DNA of 64,000 nt from Vampirovibrionaceae bacterium NZW_1234 (lineage in GTDB: Bacteria > Cyanobacteriota > Vampirovibrionia > Vampirovibrionales > JAGQHJ01). Every line of letters starts with the position of its first letter. The stretch's first letter is position 1. Below, in pieces: positions 53,402-63,090 of the stretch. A program made the translations under genes and the position numbers. The stretch covers positions 180,399 through 244,398 of the forward strand of contig JBGUGD010000002.1 in assembly GCA_041697335.1 (NCBI GenBank). Reading direction: 5' to 3'. Below the pieces are notes generated by a model that was not told where the DNA came from, made no database searches, and saw only the letters and a list, made by a program, of their open reading frames with translations.

Positions 53402-54121
53402 TTATAGGACGTCTGTGGGTTGTTTGCGAAGGGTGTTTGTCTCGGCTTGTTGGAATGGGGCATTTTGCAACACTTCTGGAGAGATGAGCTTTCCATCCAG
53501 TTCTAATGTATCGCCTGGAGCAAGTACTACCTCCTGGAAGCATTCGTTCAGATCTGCCACGGATTTAACCCAATCGACGGGTTTGTTGGGGTTGAGGACC
53601 TGGGCAAACACGGTCCATGTGTCATTCGCTACATCGTAGAAAATGTGAGATTCGTTGCCTTTTTTTCGCCCCCAAAACTTGGAAAAAGGAATCTGATGTG
53701 TTGTGAAAAGCTTCTCCAAATAGAGTTTGTAGTCTCTGCTGGCTGCATACTTGGGATCGCCGCCAATGAGAAGTCCCCGCTGGGTGAATCTTCCAGGACC
53801 GGTGAGCCGAAGTGAATTAAGAAGTTCGACAATCCTTTCTCCAGCTTTTCTAAGGGATTTTGGGTCTGCATTGAGGCTAGGGTCCCCGGAATAACGCCAG
53901 CGGTGCTTTCGGGTTTCCGGGTAGAGGTGAAAACGAAAGGCACCAGCAGGGGTGGTGACCCCTCCGGCGTTACACATTCGGATTCCCGAGGTCTGAACCG
54001 ATTCCGGCGATACCATGTCACAGTCACTCTGGATATCCAACGGGAGCTTATTAAAGGTATCCAATGAAACAAAGCGAATATGAGAGCTGAATCGGATTGG
54101 GGTGACCATCGTGAGCCTCAT
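53402..54121 (-). CDS. Hypothetical protein with RF leader and CheD-like Cys/His motif
   Basis: IRFSS; TSGIRMCNAGGV..FHL..LIGG. Confidence 0.7.
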   Translation of the reverse strand: MRLTMVTPIRFSSHIRFVSLDTFNKLPLDIQSDCDMVSPESVQTSGIRMCNAGGVTTPAGAFRFHLYPETRKHRWRYSGDPSLNADPKSLRKAGERIVELLNSLRLTGPGRFTQRGLLIGGDPKYAASRDYKLYLEKLFTTHQIPFSKFWGRKKGNESHIFYDVANDTWTVFAQVLNPNKPVDWVKSVADLNECFQEVVLAPGDTLELDGKLISPEVLQNAPFQQAETNTLRKQPTDVL

Positions 54122-54367
54122 CCTTTGCTTGGGTTTGTTTCATAGAAAACCCACGATAATTTCAAAATTGCTTGTCCAGTATTGTTGGTCCGATGACGTG
54201 GCTGTTTCGTCAGACGGGGTTGATAAATTGGTAGGGGCAATTTTCTTTCCGTTAAATTTTTTTTAAAGATCCTATCTTTTTTACAGTTTTGTCATCAAAC
54301 CGGAGAACTTTTCTGGTAAAGATGGGGACAGTGTTTTTTTCAAGGAAAGGACCGGCGTGAGCGTTTA

Positions 54368-56047
54368 ATGAGTATGACGGGTGTAATGGAGAAACCCAAA
54401 AATGGCTTGGCTGGCCTGAAGCATTGGCGCCACGACTTAGTGGCAGGCTTCTTTGTGGCCATGCTGTCGACGCCGTTCTCGATTGGGATTGCGGTTGCAT
54501 CTGGTGCCCCCCCGATTACAGGGTTAACGTCGGCCATTATTGCCGGTTTTGTGCTCCCACTGTTGGGCGGCTCCTATGTTACTATCAGTGGACCTGCAGC
54601 GGGGCTCGCCCCTGCCTTGTATGGGGCGATGCTGACCTTGGGGGCGGGGAGTTTGTCGGCGGGCTATCCGTTATTACTGCCGGTGATATGTCTCGCAGGA
54701 TTCATTCAGCTGGTACTGAGTAAGTTAAAAGCGGCTCGGTTCAGTGCCTGGTTCCCTGCTCCTGTGGTAGAAGGGATGTTAGCGGCGATTGGTTTGATGA
54801 TTATCGCCAAGCAGTTGCCAACACTGTTGGGACATAAGTTTCATTCCCATGAGTTTTGGGGCATGCTCTGGGAAACACCCGGTGAATTGGCTGTGGCGAA
54901 CTGGGATGTCCTGTTGCTTGGAGGCATGACTTTTGCCTCGATACTCTTGCTTCGTTGGGTGGGAAAAGAGCACCGTTGGGCCAAAATTATTCCACCCCAT
55001 ATTTTGGCCGTAGGCATCGGAACCCTGTTTTCACACTTGTTTTTCAAGCTGGATGCTCGTTTTCTAATTCATATACCCGAGAACCCTTTGCAACATGGTA
55101 TTGTATTTCCCGATGTCTTGGGGTTGATTGCTAATCCTTCACTGTGGTCCAATGCTATCATGATTGCATTGATGTTGACGTTGATTGATGGCATTGAGTC
55201 CTTGGCGACCATTAATGCCATTGACAAGATCGATCCCTATCACCGTAAATCCAATCCGGATAAAACGTTGTTTGCCATGGGTATTTCCAATATCTGCTCC
55301 AGCCTGGTCGGTGGGCTGACTATTATTCCTGGCGGGGTGAAAAGTACAGCCAATATTATGGCTGGGGGGCGAACACAGTGGGCAAATTTCTATAATGCCT
55401 GCTTTTTGCTCATTTTTTTGTTGCTATTTAATCGGCAAATGAGCACCATTCCTCTTGTGGTCTTATCTGTGGTCCTGGTTTTTACAGGCTACACCCTGTG
55501 TCGTCCCAAAGTGTGGGCCTCTGTCGCTCAATCCGGTATCGAGCAACTGGCCTTGTTTGCCTTTACCATTCTGGTAACGTTGACCACGGATTTAATGGTG
55601 GGGATTCTGGCAGGAATGACATTGGCCTTCGCCTTGAATTTCGGTATGGTCTGGCGGATGACTCAGCGGATTCAACCGCCTGTTACTGTCCGAGGTGTCC
55701 TGCGCTCCATGGTAGCCAATCCCGTAACGTTTTCCACCTGGAAAGGGAAGGATTTTCATTTATACCTGACCAAGCCGTTAGTATGTTCCAACTACATGTA
55801 TGTCAATCAGGCCCTTACCAATTTGCCTGCCGAGGCCGAGCGGATTTACCTGAACTTCACGGACACGGTGTTGATGATTGATCACACCAGCATGGACAAC
55901 CTGATTCACTGGCTGATGCAGCATCAGGCCGATGGTGGAGCTCCTGTTGAGCTGGTCGGACTGGATAGCTTGCGGAAATTAGCGGATTCGGATCAGGCCA
56001 CTCGCATTCAGGATATTGAGCCTCATCCGCCAGTAATGGCAGGCTAG
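54368..56047 (+). CDS. SulP/SLC26 anion (bicarbonate/sulfate) transporter
   Basis: DLVAG, GIAVASGAP, ISGPAAGL, many TM helices, STAS-like C-terminus. Confidence 0.9.
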   Translation: MSMTGVMEKPKNGLAGLKHWRHDLVAGFFVAMLSTPFSIGIAVASGAPPITGLTSAIIAGFVLPLLGGSYVTISGPAAGLAPALYGAMLTLGAGSLSAGYPLLLPVICLAGFIQLVLSKLKAARFSAWFPAPVVEGMLAAIGLMIIAKQLPTLLGHKFHSHEFWGMLWETPGELAVANWDVLLLGGMTFASILLLRWVGKEHRWAKIIPPHILAVGIGTLFSHLFFKLDARFLIHIPENPLQHGIVFPDVLGLIANPSLWSNAIMIALMLTLIDGIESLATINAIDKIDPYHRKSNPDKTLFAMGISNICSSLVGGLTIIPGGVKSTANIMAGGRTQWANFYNACFLLIFLLLFNRQMSTIPLVVLSVVLVFTGYTLCRPKVWASVAQSGIEQLALFAFTILVTLTTDLMVGILAGMTLAFALNFGMVWRMTQRIQPPVTVRGVLRSMVANPVTFSTWKGKDFHLYLTKPLVCSNYMYVNQALTNLPAEAERIYLNFTDTVLMIDHTSMDNLIHWLMQHQADGGAPVELVGLDSLRKLADSDQATRIQDIEPHPPVMAG

Positions 56048-56053
56048 AGCCTT

Positions 56054-56869
56054 TTAGTAAGTACCAATCAAGTTTCGGACAGACCACAGCTCCGGGAAGA
56101 ATTGAGAACTCATGGTCGAGGCTAGATATTTTGCGCCGGAGCTTCCGCCAGTGCCGGTTTTTGCGCCAATCGTGCGTTCAACCATCTTCAGATGTCGAAA
56201 GCGCCATAAGCTGAAATTTTCTTCCAGGCTCAATAAAGCTTCGCAAAGCATATAGAGTTCAAAGTATTGGTGGGTTTCCTGGTAAATGGTTTTAATCGCC
56301 TGCAGGACCGAATCGTTTTCTTCGTACAGCTTTGTGACATCACGGTTAAGAACGTTTTCATCAATGGGAAAACCTTTTTGGGCCAGCATCCGGATGAAAT
56401 GATCATACAAGGTTGGTGCATTCAGACGGGCTTGGAGTTTTTCCAGGCTTTCGGCCATGGTACTAAAGGGCGCCAGCATATTTGGGTTCTTCAGGCCACA
56501 CAGAAATTCAACTTCCCGAAATTGCAGTGATTGAAACCCGCTGGCGGGTCGCAGTCGGTCCCGGAATTCAGCAAATTCGGTCGGAGTCATGGTTTCAAGG
56601 ACATCAATTTGGGTGACCATCACTTTTTGAATGGCCAGGATGCGGTGGACGACTTTGATGCTTCGGGGGACGTCACCGGCTTCAAAACAACGAATCACTT
56701 CGCCCATCTCATGTAGGACCTGCTTGAACCAAAGTTCATAGACCTGGTGAATGATAATGAACAAGGTCTCGTCATGATGCTTGGATAGCAAGGTTTGCAG
56801 CGACAGAAGTTCGTCGATGCGCAGGTAATTCATATAGTTTAAGGCGTTGTGTTGCATAGACTGGTTCAT
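56054..56869 (-). CDS. kynA: Tryptophan 2,3-dioxygenase
   Basis: HDETLFIIIHQVYELWFK, SGFQSLQFR, WRFRH..VER.IG, GTGGS; ATG 56869 with GAGG RBS. Confidence 0.95.
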   Translation of the reverse strand: MNQSMQHNALNYMNYLRIDELLSLQTLLSKHHDETLFIIIHQVYELWFKQVLHEMGEVIRCFEAGDVPRSIKVVHRILAIQKVMVTQIDVLETMTPTEFAEFRDRLRPASGFQSLQFREVEFLCGLKNPNMLAPFSTMAESLEKLQARLNAPTLYDHFIRMLAQKGFPIDENVLNRDVTKLYEENDSVLQAIKTIYQETHQYFELYMLCEALLSLEENFSLWRFRHLKMVERTIGAKTGTGGSSGAKYLASTMSSQFFPELWSVRNLIGTY

Positions 56870-57151
56870 CAGATTCGCCTCTCTCGCTCTCTCGGATGGT
56901 GGGTATGACGGTATCGTATCAAAGCCTCTCGCAAGCTTCAAATTCCGTGCAAAATTCCTCGCTCGCGGCCCGTCCGTTTTTAGTATGAAGTGTGCCAACG
57001 TGACTCCTGGCCCCAGTTTTGGGGGGATTTAAGAATCTCTTAAGATTTGACCTAGCACAAGTCTTTAAGTTTGTTTTTTTATATATATGTGTGTTGATTG
57101 TGTGAACAGTCTCTCGTATGTGTAGGTACTAATGTGTGGAGGTAACCCCTT

Positions 57152-57439
57152 ATGGGCGCAAGAGAAATGGCACAGATTGCCCGGACAACCGCTAATGCAT
57201 CTGATGCTCAGACCCGGATTTATCTCAACCAGATTAACCAGCTCGCGTTGGGCGTGTTTTCTGCTCGTCAGGAAATTCTCAATCCCTTTACGTTCTTCGA
57301 TGACCCGATTTTGGCCGGTGTCTTTGAAAACTTGGGGATTGATACCGAGCCGTTCCGAAATCCGAATAATCGCACATTCAACAATTTCGGGTTCAACTTC
57401 GGCTCAATCAGTTCACCTCGTGGAGGGCTGGGAATTTAA
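57152..57439 (+). CDS. Small Asn/Phe-rich hypothetical protein
   Basis: GGAGG RBS; ends RGGLGI. Confidence 0.75.
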   Translation: MGAREMAQIARTTANASDAQTRIYLNQINQLALGVFSARQEILNPFTFFDDPILAGVFENLGIDTEPFRNPNNRTFNNFGFNFGSISSPRGGLGI

Positions 57440-57531
57440 TTCCCGCCCCTCCCCTACCGAACGTCTTCTTCCTGATTGTGTACGACCCAGAAAGACAGCC
57501 CAGACTGACAGAAAGTGTAAAGGTGTAGATT

Positions 57532-57846
57532 ATGGCAGTTCCCCCAAACGCATTTCCAGCATTAACCAATATGGTGACGAATCTGTTGACCAAGCCCCCG
57601 GCTCGGATCGACTACGATGATCCTCAATTTGCGGATTTCCGGATGCGCGGTCTGGCGTTTGACTCCAACCCAGGCAACCCTGGCACCATGGGGTTGCGGA
57701 TCGCCGTCATCAGCCAATTGACCAAAGGGTTGGATATTGACAACGAATACTACCAGATGGCGTTCGATACCCGTCTGGAAAACCTGAAAGACTTGAGAAA
57801 GCGCAATGAAGAGTCGCTAAAGACTCGTAATGCCGGTTTCTCATAG
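57532..57846 (+). CDS. Small hypothetical protein with helical C-terminus
   Basis: AAGGTG RBS; ends RNAGFS; followed by a hairpin. Confidence 0.75.
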   Translation: MAVPPNAFPALTNMVTNLLTKPPARIDYDDPQFADFRMRGLAFDSNPGNPGTMGLRIAVISQLTKGLDIDNEYYQMAFDTRLENLKDLRKRNEESLKTRNAGFS

Positions 57847-58137
57847 GGTGCAATGGGTCTGGCTTGTATGGGGCCAGGATCCGTTTTCAATCAACAGTCT
57901 GCCGTATTCTTGCAATGGGAATACGGCAGAAATCGTTTATCATGGGCAGCTCTTCGCTTAAGGCCAAGTGCATTCCAGCTCGTGCTTGAGGTTGGTTTGT
58001 TAAAAATCGTAACGAGGTGAATACTATCAGTGAATATCCAACCCCAAGCTGACGATACGGGAAGTGACGCCAAACTGGACTCTCAACGGCGATCACAATT
58101 TTTGGCACATGGGCAATAAAGGAGAACTTGGTCAGAG

Positions 58138-58824
58138 ATGAGTACCTATTTACCTGAAAACGAGATGCTTCCAAAACCGGCAGAAGCGCCGCCAAAAGGG
58201 CTGTTAGAGTTTATCCCTCGCCCGCTCCAGATATCTCAGGTGTGTGTCACCCCCAGCATCTGGCTCATTGAAAATCTCTTATCGCCTGCCGAGTGTGACC
58301 ATTTAATTGCCTTGGCGAAAGAAAAGCTGATGCCGTCGTTAACGGTCGACCCGGAAACGGGTGAGCATATCCAGATTCGGGAACGCTCCAGTTCGTTGTG
58401 CTTTTTGACCTTGAACCAGGATGAAACAGTGACGGCCATCGAAAGTCGAATTGCAGATATTGTCCGGATGCCCATGGTCAATGGCGAAGCGTTTCAGATT
58501 CTTCGCTATCAGATTGGGGAAGAGTATCAACCCCACTATGATTATTTCGATCCGCAACTCAAGGGCAGCCATAAAGCTCTTGAACGAGGCGGTCAACGTG
58601 TCGTAACGCTGGTGTTATACCTTACGGAAGTCGAGGCCGGTGGGGAAACCTATTTCCCCAATGTGGATTTAAGGGTTGCTCCCAAGCAGGGCTCTGCCGT
58701 GTTGTTTTATAACCTGTATTCCAATGGCGAACTGGATCCCAATTCCCTACATGCCTCGTTACCCGTTATCTCGGGCGAAAAGTGGGTGGCCACCAAGTGG
58801 ATTCGGGAGCGGGAATACCGCTAA
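58138..58824 (+). CDS. 2OG-Fe(II) oxygenase, prolyl 4-hydroxylase family
   Basis: LSPAEC, QILRY, PHYDYF, GGQR..T.VLYL, GGETYFP, LHAS.PV..GEKWVATKW. Confidence 0.92.
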   Translation: MSTYLPENEMLPKPAEAPPKGLLEFIPRPLQISQVCVTPSIWLIENLLSPAECDHLIALAKEKLMPSLTVDPETGEHIQIRERSSSLCFLTLNQDETVTAIESRIADIVRMPMVNGEAFQILRYQIGEEYQPHYDYFDPQLKGSHKALERGGQRVVTLVLYLTEVEAGGETYFPNVDLRVAPKQGSAVLFYNLYSNGELDPNSLHASLPVISGEKWVATKWIREREYR

Positions 58825-58898
58825 AAGGACGTTTCCCGAGCAGGATGCTCCTCAATGAACTCCTTCTTCTGTAAACCAGAGAGCATCCCGTTCAAATC

Positions 58899-58935
58899 AA
58901 AACCCTCTCTTCTGTACGCATAAGAGAGGGTTTTT
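58899..58935. terminator. Bidirectional terminator
   Basis: aaaaccctctctt/aagagagggtttt. Confidence 0.8.
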
Positions 58936-58967
58936 CGATTCTTGGCTGCAATGGAGGTTGCCGAACT

Positions 58968-59276
58968 CTACTCGTTGGTGGAATCGGGCTTGTTAAGGTA
59001 CAGATTCTTGTTGAGGTCCTCGGGGGACTTCACCCGTTTCACCTGAAAGGAAATCTGCGGCTGGAAGATAATTTTGAGGGACACGGCAATAATGGTGGTG
59101 AGCAATGCGGCTTGCCAGAACGCAATTTCAGGGCCTTGAAACAGCTCAAAGACCAACGCGTTCCAGGAAACCCACGTCATGGTAATCGGGACGGCCACGG
59201 CAAGCGAAACGGCAACAATCGCAACAATGGCAAACAACACAAAACCCCAAAATCCTTTGATTTCAAACGTTTTCAT
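58968..59276 (-). CDS. Small membrane protein
   Basis: GAGGAG RBS; two hydrophobic segments, WNAL..P.I.FWQA. Confidence 0.75.
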   Translation of the reverse strand: MKTFEIKGFWGFVLFAIVAIVAVSLAVAVPITMTWVSWNALVFELFQGPEIAFWQAALLTTIIAVSLKIIFQPQISFQVKRVKSPEDLNKNLYLNKPDSTNE

Positions 59277-59557
59277 TCAAACTCCTCGCCTTCCGTCAAA
59301 AATGGACACATAACATGTTCAAATTTGGTCCTATCTTAACATCAAATTCCTCAAATTTCATATTTGGATGTTGGCTCTTTAGAATTCACACTCAAGTCAC
59401 CATTTGTGGGGCACGATGCACATTGCTTATTGTTCTTTTCGGGGAAAACGGCTGAGAATCTTTATGTGATAGAAAAATCCTAATTCTTATGCCCGTTGAG
59501 ATCCCGTAAAACCAATGCTATAGTGAACATGTGTTCTAACACCAGAAACGGTCCCCG

Positions 59558-59950
59558 ATGATGATACGAACTTACAACCCTGCCAAATGGATGGCCTTTT
59601 TCACCACCTTGCTGGTGATGTTTTTGGTTGTTTCGCCGTGTTTGGCAGTCTCCGAACTGCACGCATGCTGTTCGTCTTCATCGGCTTCGACCATGGGAGC
59701 TTCCACCTCCCAAAACCATAACGACGGGCACACCGCTCAGATGGCATGCTGCCAGTTGGATATGGCCTCCTCGGTGTTGCTTGCCAACACTTCTGACTCG
59801 TTTTTACCTGAAACGTTGCTTGCGGTTCCGGTTGTCGACGCTCTGGTGCTGTTGACTCCCGAACCCACAGATTTACCTTCACTTCGCCACACGGCGTGGA
59901 TTCCTGATCAATCCGAACGCTACCTGGAGCTTCGTGTCCTGCTGAACTAG
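59558..59950 (+). CDS. Cys-containing protein of the metal-operon leader type (DUF2946-like)
   Basis: Hydrophobic N-terminus, two CC pairs, C-terminal RYLELRVLLN. Confidence 0.6.
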   Translation: MMIRTYNPAKWMAFFTTLLVMFLVVSPCLAVSELHACCSSSSASTMGASTSQNHNDGHTAQMACCQLDMASSVLLANTSDSFLPETLLAVPVVDALVLLTPEPTDLPSLRHTAWIPDQSERYLELRVLLN

Positions 59951-60022
59951 ACAGCCGCTCGAACTTTAGGTTGTTCTGTTTATAACTGTATTAGAAATAC
60001 GTATAAATTTAGGAGATTGATC

Positions 60023-60145
60023 ATGTTGAAAAAATTCGCTTTGACCTTTGCTGCCGTTTTGGCTTTGGTGGCCGTTCCGTTTGCTGCTCACGCTGCTGAA
60101 CAGCAGGGCTGTTGCAAACATTGCCCACCCAGCTGCTGCAGCTAG
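60023..60145 (+). CDS. 40-aa secreted Cys-rich peptide (not in the ORF track)
   Basis: AGGAG RBS 60011-60015; MLKKFALTFAAVLALVAVPFAAHA-AEQQGCCKHCPPSCCS; terminator follows. Confidence 0.8.
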   Translation: MLKKFALTFAAVLALVAVPFAAHAAEQQGCCKHCPPSCCS

Positions 60146-60159
60146 TCGGCGTTAAGTCG

Positions 60160-60198
60160 AAGCCCCCGGTCTGTTTTTCAGGCCGGGGGCTTTTTTAT
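60160..60198 (+). terminator. Intrinsic terminator
   Basis: aagcccccggtctg/caggccgggggctt stem followed by a T tract. Confidence 0.88.
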
Positions 60199-60345
60199 TA
60201 CGCAGTCGGATCCAGCTCAACCATTGCTGTCTTGCGAAATGTCTTACAAGAATTGCCTGATGGCTGAATGTTCTCCAGCACGGACACCGTCTAGAATGGG
60301 AGTGGCGTGTTTACTTGGAGCAGGTTATTCGAAGGAGTCGGCCTC

Positions 60346-60570
60346 ATGCCATATCAAACCAACCTCGAGTTGCCGAAGAACGTGACCGGGCACCTGCCTC
60401 AGCATGCACAAGATATTTATCGAGAGGCATTCAACCATGCCTGGGAAGAGTATGCCGATCCCGAGAAGCGTTACACAGATGAGTCTCGGGAAGCGGTGGC
60501 CCATAAAGTGGCATGGTCGGCAGTCAAGAAGACGTACAAAAACCAGGAAGGACAATGGTTACCGAAATAA
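60346..60570 (+). CDS. chaB: ChaB-family protein
   Basis: MPY..LP..LPQHAQDIYREAFN.AW..AHKVAWSAVKK. Confidence 0.9.
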   Translation: MPYQTNLELPKNVTGHLPQHAQDIYREAFNHAWEEYADPEKRYTDESREAVAHKVAWSAVKKTYKNQEGQWLPK

Positions 60571-60648
60571 GAAAACACATCGGTCAGCAATATTTTCATC
60601 GGACCCAACGTCTGGAACACAACAATCACCGAAGGAGGAGGATGACGT

Positions 60649-61083
60649 ATGCCTAAAGTCAGAGAGATTATGACTCCAAGTCCGAAGACATGTATGGTCG
60701 ATCATTCGATTGTGTGTGCCTTGGACATTATGAAGAACGAAAATTGTGGTGCCGTGCCCATCGTCGATCAGCAGGGCCAGGTCTGCGGCATTGTCACCGA
60801 TCGGGACATTGCCCTTTCGTTAGCCGATCATGTCTCTCGTCGACCTGAAGAAATCTTGGTGCGCGATTGCTTGGGCAGCGGCATGCAGGTGGTCACGGTA
60901 TCACCCGAGGACGATGTGCAACAGGCCATTCAATTGATGGAGCAGCATCAGATCCGGCGCATTGTCGTGGTGGATGACCAGCAGCGCTGTGTTGGTATTG
61001 TGGCCCAGGCCGATATTGCCTTGAAGGAGCAAAATCCAGCCGAAGCCGGAGAACTGGTTCGAGAAGTATCGAAGTCTAGATAA
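60649..61083 (+). CDS. Stand-alone CBS-domain pair protein
   Basis: VREIMT, GAVPIVD, GIVTDRDI, QIRRIVVVD, GIVAQADI; GGAGGAGG RBS. Confidence 0.92.
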   Translation: MPKVREIMTPSPKTCMVDHSIVCALDIMKNENCGAVPIVDQQGQVCGIVTDRDIALSLADHVSRRPEEILVRDCLGSGMQVVTVSPEDDVQQAIQLMEQHQIRRIVVVDDQQRCVGIVAQADIALKEQNPAEAGELVREVSKSR

Positions 61084-61110
61084 GTCTGGCTGACGCTGAC
61101 AATCTTTAAG

Positions 61111-61152
61111 ACCTGTTTTGATGAGCCAGAATCTAAGTGGATTCTGGCTCAT
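61111..61152. terminator. Hairpin/terminator
   Basis: atgagccagaatc/gattctggctcat. Confidence 0.65.
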
Positions 61153-61250
61153 TTCTTGTAACGAAAATGTTACAAAGCGCATTTTTTTCGTATCACGGGC
61201 GTTACTAGGTCATTACCACCCAAACCTACTAAGATGAGGAGACTTAGAGT

Positions 61251-62483
61251 ATGTCCCAAGTGACGCTTACACCTGCCCAACGCCCAGTGATTCAGGGGAC
61301 TCCTGGTGCAACTCGTATGGCGCAAAGTCGCTCGATTCAAGCTGCTGCTTCAGATAATTTTTCACCCCGCTTTGCTGGAAACAAGCCCAAGGCCGAAGAG
61401 AAAACCGGCTTGGCCAAATTGTGGGACAACATTACCGGCTTTTTTAAGAAACTCGTCAACATGCTGACCTTTGGTTTCTTGTTTGGCGACGCCCAAAAAA
61501 CCGATGAAAAAGACCAGGCTTCGAAGTCAGACGCTGCCAATGATAGCTCTGGCAATGATACGGTTGAAAATGTCGAAACGGAGCAACCTCGTCGTAGGAA
61601 AAGCAAAAAAAACCGGGATAACGTTGAAAAAGAAAAAAAGAAGATTGTTGTTGTCACCGATGGTGATGCGAAAACTAAGGGTGCGGACAAAGACAAAAAA
61701 GACGGTGGCGTTGAGACCACTGGGACTCCAAAGAAAGTTGATGGCCCCGCCGATGTCTCAGGGGGAGCTGCCGACCAGGACTCCCAGGGTGTTACCGTGA
61801 CCGATGGCGCCGACCAGGGCGACAAAGGCAAACAAGTGAAACAAGAGCCAGCGACCCCCGTAGTGGTTACTCCCGCTCAGGCGCCCAAGGTGGCCTATGC
61901 CGATATTCCGCTGAACCAAAAAGTCGCAGCCACCATTCAATCCATTCAATCCGTGGGCAAAAATCTGGCCGAATACAGCAAGATGACTGAAGACTATCGC
62001 TTGAATCTGCCTATCTATAAAACCCTGTATTCCAATTTACCCACCGTCCATGCTGAAACCCCGCTGGGGAACTCCGCTCGCCCGGCCTTGATCGTGGCCC
62101 AAAACATGCTCGAGTTGGCCTCCACAGAGGCCGGTCGTGAGAAATTGAAAGGCGTTTCCGTCAGTGTTGGCGGTGGAAAAACAGAGCGGGCCTTCCCGGA
62201 TTCCGTCATCGCCGATCTCGAAAAAATTGCCTCTCGGGCCACTCGCGCCGATTATGCCAAGGATGAAGACAACAAGGATACCCACGGCTGGGATTTCCAA
62301 GGTGATTACCGCCGCCTCGTGGTTGCCAACAAAGCCGATGCCAAGACCGTTGTTTCCATGCTCCTGGCCAAGCAAAACGACCCCGGCTACATGGAACAGG
62401 TCCTCACAGAACTCCCCGACCTGGTCGACGCCTCCAAATGGGCCACCCGCTTCCAGGACGCCTACCAACCCAAAGCCTCCTAG
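61251..62483 (+). CDS. Hypothetical protein with RF leader, amphipathic helix and Lys/Asp-rich linker
   Basis: GAGGAG RBS; PRFAG then LAKLWDNITGFFKKL. Confidence 0.8.
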   Translation: MSQVTLTPAQRPVIQGTPGATRMAQSRSIQAAASDNFSPRFAGNKPKAEEKTGLAKLWDNITGFFKKLVNMLTFGFLFGDAQKTDEKDQASKSDAANDSSGNDTVENVETEQPRRRKSKKNRDNVEKEKKKIVVVTDGDAKTKGADKDKKDGGVETTGTPKKVDGPADVSGGAADQDSQGVTVTDGADQGDKGKQVKQEPATPVVVTPAQAPKVAYADIPLNQKVAATIQSIQSVGKNLAEYSKMTEDYRLNLPIYKTLYSNLPTVHAETPLGNSARPALIVAQNMLELASTEAGREKLKGVSVSVGGGKTERAFPDSVIADLEKIASRATRADYAKDEDNKDTHGWDFQGDYRRLVVANKADAKTVVSMLLAKQNDPGYMEQVLTELPDLVDASKWATRFQDAYQPKAS

Positions 62484-62731
62484 TCATTTTTTAAATATTC
62501 ACCCCAAAGCCCAGCACCCACCAATTTGGTCCGCCGGGCTTTTTGGTGCCTATAGCGTACTTTGAGATGCGTTGAGTTTGTCCGAATTAAGAACAAAACA
62601 GGACAGATCAAGTCGCTAAAAAGCCAACCTGTCATTGATAACTAAAAATCGTAGGTTCTGTGCAATTAAAATAAAAGTGTTTCAAAAAGAATCGTTATGA
62701 ACGGATGAAAACACACTACGCCTTATAAGCG

Positions 62732-62992
62732 ATGTCAATGGGCTCAGATTTGATGTTTGAACACGCTGTGTTTGTAGGCAGGTCTGCCTGTGTTACTATG
62801 AAACAAACGTTAGCAGAGGGAATACAAGCAATGGCAAGGTGTGATGCAGAGTACAAGCCGGAATACGAATATTATGTGAGACTATTCAACTCTGACAGAA
62901 AAGTTGAATTGGAAAGACGGTTCTGGAAGCAGGAAGAGGCTCGGGAGTTTTTTATAGTTGCGAAGTACCCAAAGGAGCCACTTTGCGGTTGA
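62732..62992 (+). CDS. Hypothetical protein
   Basis: 86-aa ORF in an AT-richer segment. Confidence 0.4.
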   Translation: MSMGSDLMFEHAVFVGRSACVTMKQTLAEGIQAMARCDAEYKPEYEYYVRLFNSDRKVELERRFWKQEEAREFFIVAKYPKEPLCG

Positions 62993-63090
62993 TTCAAATA
63001 GAACTGGATGCCTTGAAATACCCAACGATTTTAGATGATCGGTTTGGACATTAGTAGCTATCTTCCCCTTTGTTGGAGCAATAGCCGTTA

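Noticed and set aside
56870..56998. N-terminal extension of TDO
   Set aside because: Better ATG with RBS at 56869; the upstream TTG is unsupported.
61157..61174. TGTAAC-N6-GTTACA palindrome as an NtcA site
   Set aside because: Spacing is GTA-N10-TAC, not N8; a single occurrence, so the regulator is unassignable.
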